From Octopus bimaculoides (Eukaryota), in assembly GCF_001194135.2 (NCBI RefSeq), contig NC_068991.1:47405631-47469630 (forward strand): a stretch of DNA of 64,000 bases, in the 5' to 3' direction. The stretch's first letter is position 1; every line of letters begins with the position of its first letter. Both the position numbers and the translations under genes were made by a program. Shown here piece after piece: positions 53,563-64,000 of this stretch. The notes under the pieces are model-generated. The model worked only from the letters and a program-made list of their open reading frames with translations. It ran no database searches and was not told the DNA's origin.

Positions 53563-56500
53563 GGAAATATATTTAAATATTGTCAAGCAATATATTACTN
53601 NNNNNNNNNNNNNNNNNNNNNNNNNGACTGTTAAATCTTGATAACATTGATGACTATTCAGACATATTGATCAGAAGTACATGGCCTTTCTTTATGCTGG
53701 AGAATATATATAGAGCCTGGGTAGCTCAGTGTTGGTAAAAAGAAATAGAACAAAACATAGCAAAAATATTTTTTGAGAGAAAAAGAAGAGTTATTTCCAA
53801 TGAGTTAATGTTAGCCATGGGTGAAGCATGTAAACTGTGTGTGTGTGTGTATGAATATGCCATTTCCTAATTCAAAGATAGACATAGCCATGTTGTCAAA
53901 CAAATTTCTGCTCATCAGAACAGCATCCAAAAATTTTGCTTTTCTAGTTTAGGTGAGCGCTTGGATTGTGCATATGGTCTGACCATATCTGGATGGAAGT
54001 AAAAGATGCAGGCTCTGCTTAGCAGAGAGGAGTATCNNNNNNNNNNATATATATATATATGGAAATATATTTAAATATTGTCAAGCAATATATTACTGGT
54101 TATGGCATATAACTGGTCAGAAGGTTACCATCACTTTTACACTGACTGTTAAATCTTGATAACATTGATGACTATTCAGACATATTGATCAGAAGTACAT
54201 GGCCTTTCTTTATGCTGGAGAATATATATAGAGCCTGGGTAGCTCAGTGTTGGTAAAAAGAAATAGAACAAAACATAGCAAAAATATTTTTTGAGAGAAA
54301 AAGAAGAGTTANNNNNNNNNNNNNNNNNNNNNNNNNNNNNNNNNNNNNNNNNNNNNNNNNNNNNNNNNNNNNNNNNNNNNNNNNNNNNNNNNNNNNNNNN
54401 NNNNNNNNNNNNNNNNNNNNNNNNNNNNNNNNNNNNNNNNNNNNNNNNNNNNNNNNNNNNNNNNNNNNNNNNNNNNNNNNNNNNNNNNNNNNNNNNNNNN
54501 NNNNNNNNNNNNNNNNNNNNNNNNNNNNNNNNNNNNNNNNNNNNNNNNNNNNNNNNNNNNNNNNNNNNNNNNNNNNNNNNNNNNNNNNNNNNNNNNNNNN
54601 NNNNNNNNNNNNNNNNNNNNNNNNNNNNNNNNNNNNNNNNNNNNNNNNNNNNNNNNNNNNNNNNNNNNNNNNNNNNNNNNNNNNNNNNNNNNNNNNNNNN
54701 NNNNNNNNNNNNNNNNNNNNNNNNNNNNNNNNNNNNNNNNNNNNNNNNNNNNNNNNNNNNNNNNNNNNNNNNNNNNNNNNNNNNNNNNNNNNNNNNNNNN
54801 NNNNNNNNNNNNNNNNNNNNNNNNNNTATATATATATATATATATATATGTATGTACGTATGTATGTATACATACACATACATGCATACAAACATGGCAT
54901 ACATGTGTGTGTATGTGTGTATGTACATGCACACACACACACACACACACACACACAACATACACATGTATGATGCATGCATGTATGTATATGAAATGAA
55001 AATTCTCCTGCACCCTCCATATACATAGGGCTCTTATAACCTTGTACCATATTAGTTTCTATGAGTTCGTTGAAGTTCCGTAAGCAGTCTCTTTTTCATA
55101 TCAGAATCAACAGCAGTGCTTTGCAAAATCTTACTTTTGAAGAAGGTTTAATAAGATTGTGAATCTGAACACAGAACAAAAAGAGCCAAAACAGATTCCA
55201 TGAGCCATCTTGTCTCATATTCTAACTATTCCAAATAAGCACTCTTGACTGGTTCATTATTTTATCAACGCTCATAGGATGAAAGGTGAAGTTGACTTGC
55301 CAGTACTTGAAGTAAGTGTGCAGAGTCCCTGAACAAATGTCATAAAGTATTTTATTTGGCTCTTTAATGACTTTTGCTCCCCAACCATGTGGTTTTGGAT
55401 TCAGTCCCATTGTGCTGTATCTAGGACAAGTGTCTTCTACTATAACTCTGGGTCAACTGAAACCTTCTGAGTGAATTTGAGAGTCAGCAACTGAAAGAGA
55501 CCCATCATGTGTGTGTGTGTGTGTGTTTATGTCTCTTTGCCTTGACATTGCTCAGTATTTGTAAAGGAGCATCACTGTCATACAAGCGGTATTGTTTATT
55601 TCCAATCTTCATAAAAATAAGCTTGACCATGGGGTAATATTTCCTTGCTTGGAAACTGATGAAGGTTGGCAACAAGAGGGGGCATCAAGCTGTAGCAAAT
55701 ATTTCAATGAATTCCGTCTGACATGGCAACATTAAAAAGTGGACATTTAAACAATAATGAGTCTGATGATAATAATGATGATGTAATCGTTATTAAATTG
55801 AAGTGAGGTAAAATATGGCAAACATGAGCATTGTTGGCCTTATGCCTAGATTAGAAACCATTATTATCACTAAGGTGATGGATGATAGAAACGTTAGCAT
55901 ATCCGACAGAATGCTTAGTAGAATTTAGCTGGGTTCAAATCCATATAAGGTTGACTTTGCTTTTTATCCCTCCAAAGTTGTTAAAAAAAGTACCAATCAA
56001 GTACTGAGACTGAATAAAACTTCATATTATAATTTTTTATTTAGGCAAGGCACAAATCTTTTTTTTTTTTTCTTTTCATAGGAAATGGTGATGGACAATA
56101 TATACAGCTTCAATTTATTACAGGTATTTGTTTGGCCAACTCCACAATAATGCAAAATAAATTTGTCTCTAGTAGAATTTGAACTCTGTAGAACAAATAA
56201 CTAAACTTTAGATACCTGAAAACATCTAAAGTCTGGTTCTCTATAGTTTCAGCTCTCTTTCACTAAAACATGACTGCATATAACTCTAATATACTCCACA
56301 TTATCACATACGTTTTGTGCATTTTCCAAACTACTAACTGTTGCATGTATTGTCTCACCTTCACACTCCAAATCTTACTTGAGACAAGAGGGAGTCACTA
56401 TATAGTTACTTGACCAACTAGAAAAATCAACTAAATCTCTCTCAAATCACTCCCTAATGTTTAAAACAAAAGAAAGGACATACTGAATAACGTAGTCCTA

Positions 56501-57099
56501 TATAAACTATATATCTAAAAAAAAAAATTAAAAAAAAAGAAAGGAAAAGTAAAGAAAAATGATGGAATAGACATTGCTGAACACCTCTAATCAAAATTTT
56601 GCTGGAGTCTAAATAGTAACAACAGAAATGATTTTATTTCTATTTCTCCCCCACCTCTTCATTGACTTACTGTAGGATTGGTTTAGAAGTGTTGTACACC
56701 TCCACATTGTTCTGAAGGTTCACTGATTGCAGCTTCTATCCCCGATAGAAACGCAATGTGTAAAACTGTCGCCAGTTAAAAGTTATCTCCCTTTTTTTAT
56801 CTTTTTTTTTTTTCCCCCACCGTCCGACGTTTGATATTCTGTTTTCACACATACTCTTGTATAACTCTCGATATTGCACTAAAGTCCACCTCTTTGAATG
56901 CAGCCAAGACATTACTTGAAACATCTCCTGAAACAGCCTTCTATCTAGAAGATGCCACCATTAAGGCAACAACTGATTAGTTTTGCAACTCATTACTTTA
57001 ATGAGAAAGAAATCATGCTTCACAATATTTTTTTAATCAATTTTTTTTTGTTTTTGGCTGCAGTGCAAAAACTTGTGAATTACAGCTTATATATTATAT

Positions 57100-57330
57100 A
57101 CCCTTTCTGCATGTTAGGGCCTTTGAAATTTTATGCTCTTCCAATAATCATCAAGTCTATTCTTGAACTGGATGGTTGTTTTTTTACACAACCTTCTTAT
57201 ACCATTCTTTATCAAATGTGTACGTTCCTTTGTCTGTGAAGAACTAAAAGGAAAACAAGCGCCTTAAGTCGAACTTCCTCTGTGAAGACCTTCAAATTTG
57301 TATTCAGTTTGGTGGCATTCCTTTGCACAT
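57100..57330 (-). mobile_element. CR1-like 3' remnant
   Basis: KEWYK.VV..KTTIQFKNRLDDYW resembles the CR1 ORF2 C-terminus. Confidence 0.4.
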
Positions 57331-58057
57331 ATTCTGTAACTTTACATCCATTCAGGAAATTTGGTCTTCAAATCATGCTATCATGTTTAAATATCTGAGT
57401 TTTCTCTTTTATTCAAGTCATAAAAGCAACTTCAGAAAAGCTGGGACTGTTGTAATATCGAAAAAGAAAAAGATAACAGACAAACCAAAAAAAAAAAGGA
57501 GGAATCTCAGTTTTAATAAAAAGTTGTCAAGCGAAAGTTTATGCAATGCTTGAGTGAATAGTCTGTGTATAAAATATGTATGTGTATACATATCAATATT
57601 TATATCAACATGTAAGTGTGTGACTCACTTTGTATAATGACTGAATTATCCTAGAATGGATGAATGTTAGAATTATTTTTTTAAAAAGTCATAAATATTT
57701 CTACATACTATTTGTCTACAAGTAAATGTAAAGTAAAAGATGTTGAAGTTAGCTTGAAATATAATAATCCATATTTGGTTAAGTGCCTCAGATTTCTTGA
57801 GTTCAAATCATAATAGATATCAACATTGTCATCAATCTCCCTGGAGTAAATAAAATAATTACCAATTACATGAAATTCAATCCAAATCAAAAAGATTCAT
57901 ATTGAAGGGCAGAAAAACACGAGATGATTCTTATATTACCTAATAAGTAACCATAAGTCTCCAGCTGTTTCTAAACTGTAAAGTTATTTTTGTACAAATT
58001 TTTGTGTAGGTGCATGTGTAGTATAGATATACTCTCTCTCTCTCTTTTGTGTATATA

Positions 58058-59313
58058 TTGGGTCATCCCATAAATAATGCAGTTTTTTTTTTACTTCTTT
58101 TATCTTTCAAAATTAAGATAAAGTTCTTTTTTAATCTAAAATATACTCCTTCATTTTCTACAATGTTTTTCCATCTATCTGGTAAACTTGCAAGACCCCT
58201 CTTCCAACATTCACTTCTCTGTTCAGACCTTGTCTACAGCATTTATATTTTTTCCGTCAAAATGATTTTGAAGACTGCAGAATAAATGATAATCAGATGG
58301 GGTAATGTCCGGTGAATATAGTGAGATGGGCATCGCTTCCCATTCAAACTGCTCCAGCCTTTGGAATGTCATCCTCACTGTGTGGCTGAGCATTATTCTG
58401 ATGGAAGAACACTTTTCATCTTGAAACCAAAGATGGTCATTTTTCTTCAAGCGCTGACTTTAGCTGCTCAATGTGCTCACTGTAGATCTCCTTTGTTATC
58501 ATTTGGTTTGGGTTTAAAAGTTCATAGTGGACTAAACCTTTTATATCCCACCAAACAGATAACAACACCTTACATGGGTGAAGACCTTCTTTAGCCTGGG
58601 GTGCAAGTGTTTCTCCTTTCCCTACCCACTGTCTTTGGCACTTGACATTTTTATAGAGAACCTATTTCTTGTCACCAGTCACTATTCAGTCCAAAAAAGA
58701 TTCATTTGTGAGATGTGACGGCAAAGAAAAACACATATTCACTCTCTGTGCACGATTAGATGTGAAAAGTTTGTGAGGAACCCATTCACCCAGTTTGCTG
58801 ACTTTTCCAACGGCATGCAAGTGTCGATGAATGGTTGAATGATCAAATCTAAGCCTCTCTGCTAGTTCCTCAACAGTTACAATGGAATTTTGTTCCACCC
58901 TGGTTTGCTGGACATCCTTGTCAAGCTCTACAGATCTTCCAGGATGAGGCTTGTCTTTTAGTTTCGTCTGTAGCTTCTGGTTCAGAATTTCTGGAACCAC
59001 CGTTGACACTGGCTTACACTTATTGTCTGATCCCCATATACTGCATTAATATTCCTCACACTTTCTGGTGTGTTGTTGTCTTTATTGAACTCATAGAGCA
59101 AAATATGCTGAATATGCTCCTTTGTCACTTCCATTATAGCTTTGAAAAAAATAACTGTTAAAATCGAACTTTTCAAAACTTGCACTAAGAATAAGGATAA
59201 GGTAAAATTACTACCTGCTTTTATAGCAAGTTGATGCAGGAAGTTTATCCCACCGCCTTCTGACTTTTAGTTCATGCAATTGAAAAAACCACATTATTTA
59301 TGGAATGACCCAA
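58058..59313 (-). mobile_element. Full-length (1256 bp) defective mariner transposon
   Basis: TIRs TTGGGTCAT(C/T)CCATAAATAATG at both ends, with TA target duplication. Frameshifted transposase pieces: HILLYEF, HPGRS, WVPHKL, LYSPDITPSDYHLF. Confidence 0.93.
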
Positions 59314-59536
59314 TATATATTTGTATATTGCATTTTAAATGGCATGATGTATAACTGGTATCTAGAATCCTATGTGCAGCTTTATACATCAAAAAAGAAA
59401 ACTACAAAAAGTACTTGTGTATTATTGTCCGTGTTTCCTTTCACTAGTCTCCATAGTTAGAAGGATTATAGAGTAGATGTAGAAGACAAAAGGGGCAAGT
59501 TGGTTCTTAAATTATCTAAATTACATCATCTTATAT

Positions 59537-59702
59537 GTGTTTCAGTGAAGATCATGGATGAAATATGTCATCTGGGCCAGATACGTTTTTTTAAGTCTTC
59601 ACTTCAGCAGTTTGTACAGATTCTGAATCTGTGATGAAGTGAAGACCTAGAGAACTTACCTGACCCAGATTGCTTAATTCAGCCATAATCTTCATTAAAC
59701 AT
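59537..59702. repeat. Imperfect hairpin/palindrome of about 165 bp
   Basis: TGAAGATCATGGATGAA...CTGGGCCAG...GTCTTCACTTCA...ACAGATTC pairs with GAATCTGT...TGAAGTGAAGAC...CTGACCCAGA...TTCAGCCATAATCTTCA around a 1-nt centre. Confidence 0.75.
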
Positions 59703-59752
59703 GTGTTAAAATGACATAATTAAATAATTTAAGAACCATCTTTTCAGTTCTG

Positions 59753-59790
<38 letters not shown>

Positions 59791-59989
59791 TAGTAACAAA
59801 CTAAAGAAAAAGTGTTCAATACCTGTCTTATTGTTAGTCAGTTTGGCTGAAGTTGTAAAGCTATTACTCATGAGTTTGCAGATGTAAAATCCTTTTATCA
59901 GATAGCAACTGTGGTGGAGCAAAACAACAGATGTGTATATTAAATGGTAGAAACACACAAACACACACACGCTCATATTGGTAAATCCT

Positions 59990-61020
59990 GCAATGTAGGC
60001 TTAAATGTCTGGATATAAGTGCCTACACATTTGGATGCAAGGTTGGTTATATATTTGAATTGTTCCTTCTTGTTGGCTAAGTTGGTAAGCTTTGAATGTT
60101 TAAAGTTTGGGTATAAATTTCAGCTGGGGTATCACATGTGAAGTCACACCTTCATTGCAATCTGAGTATTCATAGCTGAAACAAGAGCACACTTACCTAA
60201 AAAGCTGAAGACAAATATACTGAAAGGAGTTAGGTCAGTTAGGTGTATAAATGTGACGCCAAAATTGTGTTTGGAACCAAAAATACTTAGGTGTTGGAGT
60301 CAGATTTGGTTGTTTGTTAAATGTTGTATCTGTCAATTAAATAGTCTACCTGTAAGTCTCAGTTTAAGACTTCAAAAAATACAACCTGTTAATTCAAATT
60401 GAATTAAACTTTAAATATTGAATTTAACTCCCTTACCAATTCTTGTGATCTGAATGAAGTTAATCCACTTGTGTGAAACTGACCCACTAGATGAAATGTC
60501 TCATTTAATGGCTCTTGTTTGTACCTATATTATCAAATCCTTGCCGAGTAGGGTGTCTTTTATAGAAACTTGTGTGTAACCTATCCACCAATGTGTAGCT
60601 AATCCACTCAGATGAACTAACAAATTGAAGGAAGAAAGTACAGGCTATGTCCTCTCAGCATCTGCATATAACAGATCTGTTCCTATGTAAGTGATTCACT
60701 CAGTGAAAGAGTGGTGATGAAAAAAAAAACAAGAAAGTTTGTTCTATGAGTTTGATTTTTAGAAAACTCGTTGTATTGCTTGTTTCTAAGTGCCAGGATT
60801 CTTGGCAGTTGTCCTGATGGATCAAGTATATCACCAATTTGTAATAGGAATGTGTTTTGAAGAAAAGTGTGTTTAAAAGGATTGTGATTTAAGTTTCCTA
60901 ATATGCAAACAGAAAATATTTCTTCCTTTTTGTTTATGACAGTGGTTAGCAGGGTCAGTATGTTTATTCTCAGATCACCGCTATCTCCACTACATATTGC
61001 CATAATATACTCCAATTGTG
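59990..61020 (-). mobile_element. Highly degenerate LINE reverse-transcriptase remnant
   Basis: Motif-like pieces appear in RT order on the minus strand: S-W-H near 60800, YAD near 60670, TPKY near 60290, TFKPTL near 60000. Strong A/C strand skew. Confidence 0.45.
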
Positions 61021-61394
61021 TTTTGTTGTGATATTTCTGAATTATTATCTAATTATTTATCCTAACAAAAAGTCAGTTATTCAATGAATCGTCTCTTTAG
61101 CCTGTTATTCAATTACTAGGTTTAATAACGTTTCTTTAACAACTAACTCAGATTAAGAGGTACCTCTTCTAACACAATTTACGGGATACTTTAAATTATT
61201 TCCCTTTAATTGTGATGTGAGAATTACTTCCCCTAATCGATAGCTCTAAATTTTTTTTGTTTCTTTTTTAAAGCTGAATCACATAAGAAAAGGATTTGTT
61301 TGACCAGTGAGATGTGTTCTACCATCGGATGAAGCATTCTGAGCTGCAGAAACTTCTGGGTTTTATGGCTTCAGCTAACTGAAATAATATATAT

Positions 61395-62005
61395 AGGTGC
61401 AGGCGTGGCTGTATGGTAAGGAGCTTGCTTCCCAACCACATGTTTCTGGGTTCAGTACCACTGCATAGCATCTTGGACAAGTGTCTTCTACTGTAACCTC
61501 AGGCTGACCAAAGCATTATGAGTGGATTTGGTAGACAGAACCTAAAGGATGCTTGTCGTATATATATATATGTTTACAAATCAGTAGATAGGTCCAGTGT
61601 AATCCGTGGGTAGGATAGGTGCAGCCGGTGAGTGTAGAGTTCAGAATAAAAAAATCCAGAATAAATAAATCTAGAATGAAAGAAGGTAGAGTCCAGAAAT
61701 TTGTGTTTGATTAGATCCATTTGTTGTTTACACCATCTGTCTTCGTCTGTTGTTTTTTTTGTAAATTCTCCCATATATATGTTTATCTCTGTCTGTCCCC
61801 CTCTCTCCCTACCATCGCTTCATAGTCAATGCCGGCATGTTTATGTCCCTGTAACTTAGCAGTTTGTCAAAAGGGACAATAGAATAAGTACTAGGCTTAC
61901 AAAAAATAAGTCCTGAGATCGATTTCTTTGACTAAAACACTTTAAGATGTTGCTCCAGCATGGCCACAGTAAAATGATTGAAATGTGTAAAAGAATAAAA
62001 GAATA
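61395..62005 (+). mobile_element. SINE family B copy with about 200 bp of internal extra sequence
   Basis: Head at 61395, body resumes near 61785 after non-family sequence. Confidence 0.8.
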
Positions 62006-63229
62006 TACCTATTTCCAATCCCTGCACAGCTTACTGCCCATTTGATAATTGTTGCTTTTTATATGTGAGAACAAGACTTTAGGTATATGAGGGAGGAATA
62101 TCGGTTTCTATCTGATTCACTTTTTTCTCCAGTTTATTAATAGTGATACCTTACTTAGTTTGGTCCCTAGTACCATCCTGTGCCCACCATGACAAATATA
62201 CATAATTCTCACAAGCCAACAAACAAGTCTGTATGTGGTTGTTTTACCATTAGAAATTGCAGCCAAATCTTCTTCAAAATGGACGGTCAATTGACAGAAT
62301 GTTGCACAAATACCTTGTGATGTTTGTTTCATCTTGTCTGCAGTCAACTTTGTCTTTCAACCTTCTAGGATCGATAGAGTACTTGTTATGTACTGGTAAC
62401 AATTACTCCCTCTCACTCATAATCTGCTGATCATTGTGCAATTAATTCCATTTAAATGATGCCACCAAATCCCAGCTTTGGTTAAAAGGAGATGCTAGGA
62501 ACCATCAGCTTTTCATAAAAACTAGCATGTTTCTGAAACCATCCCAGAAGCAGACATGGACAAATTCATTTGTGGTACAGCAGAAGCAGACTATAGACTA
62601 AGAGTGTGGTGAGATTTGGCTGTCTCCTGATTACAAATTAATGCATAAATTCCAAATTCCTAGAAAGTATGAATCTTTGACATGAGATTTTATCCTTAAT
62701 GAGAACTATCTTACATGCATTGCTAATATCTATTCCTCCATCCTGTAATCTCGTTAGAACTAATAAACTATAAATGGATATTTCTTACAGGGAATGATCA
62801 AGCAACTGACACTTTTCACTGCATAGAATAACTAAATATCTATTATTTTAAATTTCTGTCACCAATTAATTATGGCTAGCCACTGAAAACTTTGTCCTCA
62901 TACTATCTGTCTATGCTGTCTTAATGCTTTGGGAAAGGCATGGACATTAGACTCCTTTCCTCCTTCTACTCCAATCATAGGTTTTATGTTAATGTAGAGA
63001 TATAATGAAAATATATTTTTAAATAGACCCCTTAGGACTCATACCTGCAGCCATTGCAAGTCAGTTCAAGAAACAAGTATTCTTAAAATAAATAGAAGAA
63101 GGCTAACAGAGAAAAGTTTTTGTATATGGAAAATGCACAGGAGCAAAGAACATGAAGGACACAAGAGAAATAGGTTTCCTGAAATAATGCAAGAGGCTCC
63201 CTAAAAGTAGTGAATAGTTTCTGTTAACT

Positions 63230-63760
63230 TGGTAACCTTATTAGCATTGGAGGAGGATGCTCTGAAAGTACAGTTGCTAGAATAAGAATAGGATGGAAGT
63301 TCAGAGAGCTATTACCTCTGTTGGAAACAAAAGGTCTCTCTCCTCAAATGAAAAGCAAATTGTATGTTTCTTGTGTGCAAACAGCAATGCTACATGGTAG
63401 TGAGACACAGGCCGTGAATGCAGGAGACATGCAAAGACTAGAGGAATGAACCTAGTATTCCCCATTGGATGTGCATATATGGCAAAGTGCTAATGTATTG
63501 AGAGAAAACTTAGGCATAAAAGGAATCAAATGTAATGTACATGAGAGAAAACTGCACTAATTTGGTTATGTGACGAGTATGGATGAGGGCAGTTGCAAAA
63601 AAAAATGGTGCTGGTCACTCAAAGTGGATGGAATTTGTAGAAGAGGGAAGCCCAGGAAGACATGGGCCAAAGTAGTAGTGAAGGTTGGTCTCAAGATGCT
63701 AAGCTTCACAAAAGAGATGACAAAAGACTGAGAAATAGATTCTCTTAAATACCTGGATGT
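63230..63760 (+). mobile_element. RTE LINE 3' fragment
   Basis: LGNLISIGGGCSESTVARIRIGWKFRELLPLLETKGLS...KLYVSCVQTAMLHGSET is a typical RTE post-RT region. Confidence 0.85.
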
Positions 63761-64000
63761 CTCTTAAGAATTGAAAGAAACAGTGAGCATGCTCTCGTGG
63801 ATGTGCAATGTTAGCAAGCATGCTAAATGAGATGAGGAAAACTAGAACACACCTCTTTTCAATTCAGTATGAACATATATACCTACATCTGTTACATATA
63901 AGCATATATGGTATACACACATATACATATTTATTAAATATATATATAATATATATATATACATATTTATTATATATATATATAATATATATATATACAT

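Noticed and set aside
53547-54311. About 250-bp duplication (53547-53793 and 54047-54311)
   Set aside because: Apparently identical, bounded by and containing gaps; an assembly artefact is the simplest explanation.
60683-61015. 110-aa minus ORF as a host exon
   Set aside because: Lies in register within the ordered remnants of a LINE reverse transcriptase.

Overview
AT-rich, microsatellite-dense, gapped eukaryotic genomic DNA (10 N-runs). The repeat complement (several tRNA-derived SINE families, RTE/CR1/R4/NeSL-type LINEs, mariner and maT transposons, Helitron) suggests an octopus draft scaffold; this is inference, not a database result. Two protein-coding genes are supported. (1) A minus-strand gene whose 1.9-kb first coding exon (9889-7990) carries a ZNF839-type RTRSGRVSKPPKHMVKDY motif; its remaining exons were not found in the window. 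(2) A plus-strand ARF/ARL-family small GTPase with three phase-compatible exons (48513-48695, 51384-51518, 52929-53092) and a candidate myristoylatable first exon at 24397; it has substitutions at normally invariant switch residues (G50E, Q71C, W78R in Arf1 numbering). An exon-like cluster at 15.3-16.9 kb can be spliced on either strand; the plus model faintly resembles a Mab-21/cGAS-like C-terminal lobe and is speculative. The rest is mostly transposon debris, including an 11-copy head-to-tail SINE array, a collapsed Helitron, a full-length defective mariner and several foldback/MITE structures. Protein family assignments come from remembered motifs, not searches. No prokaryotic features, CRISPR arrays, rRNA or true tRNA genes were seen.
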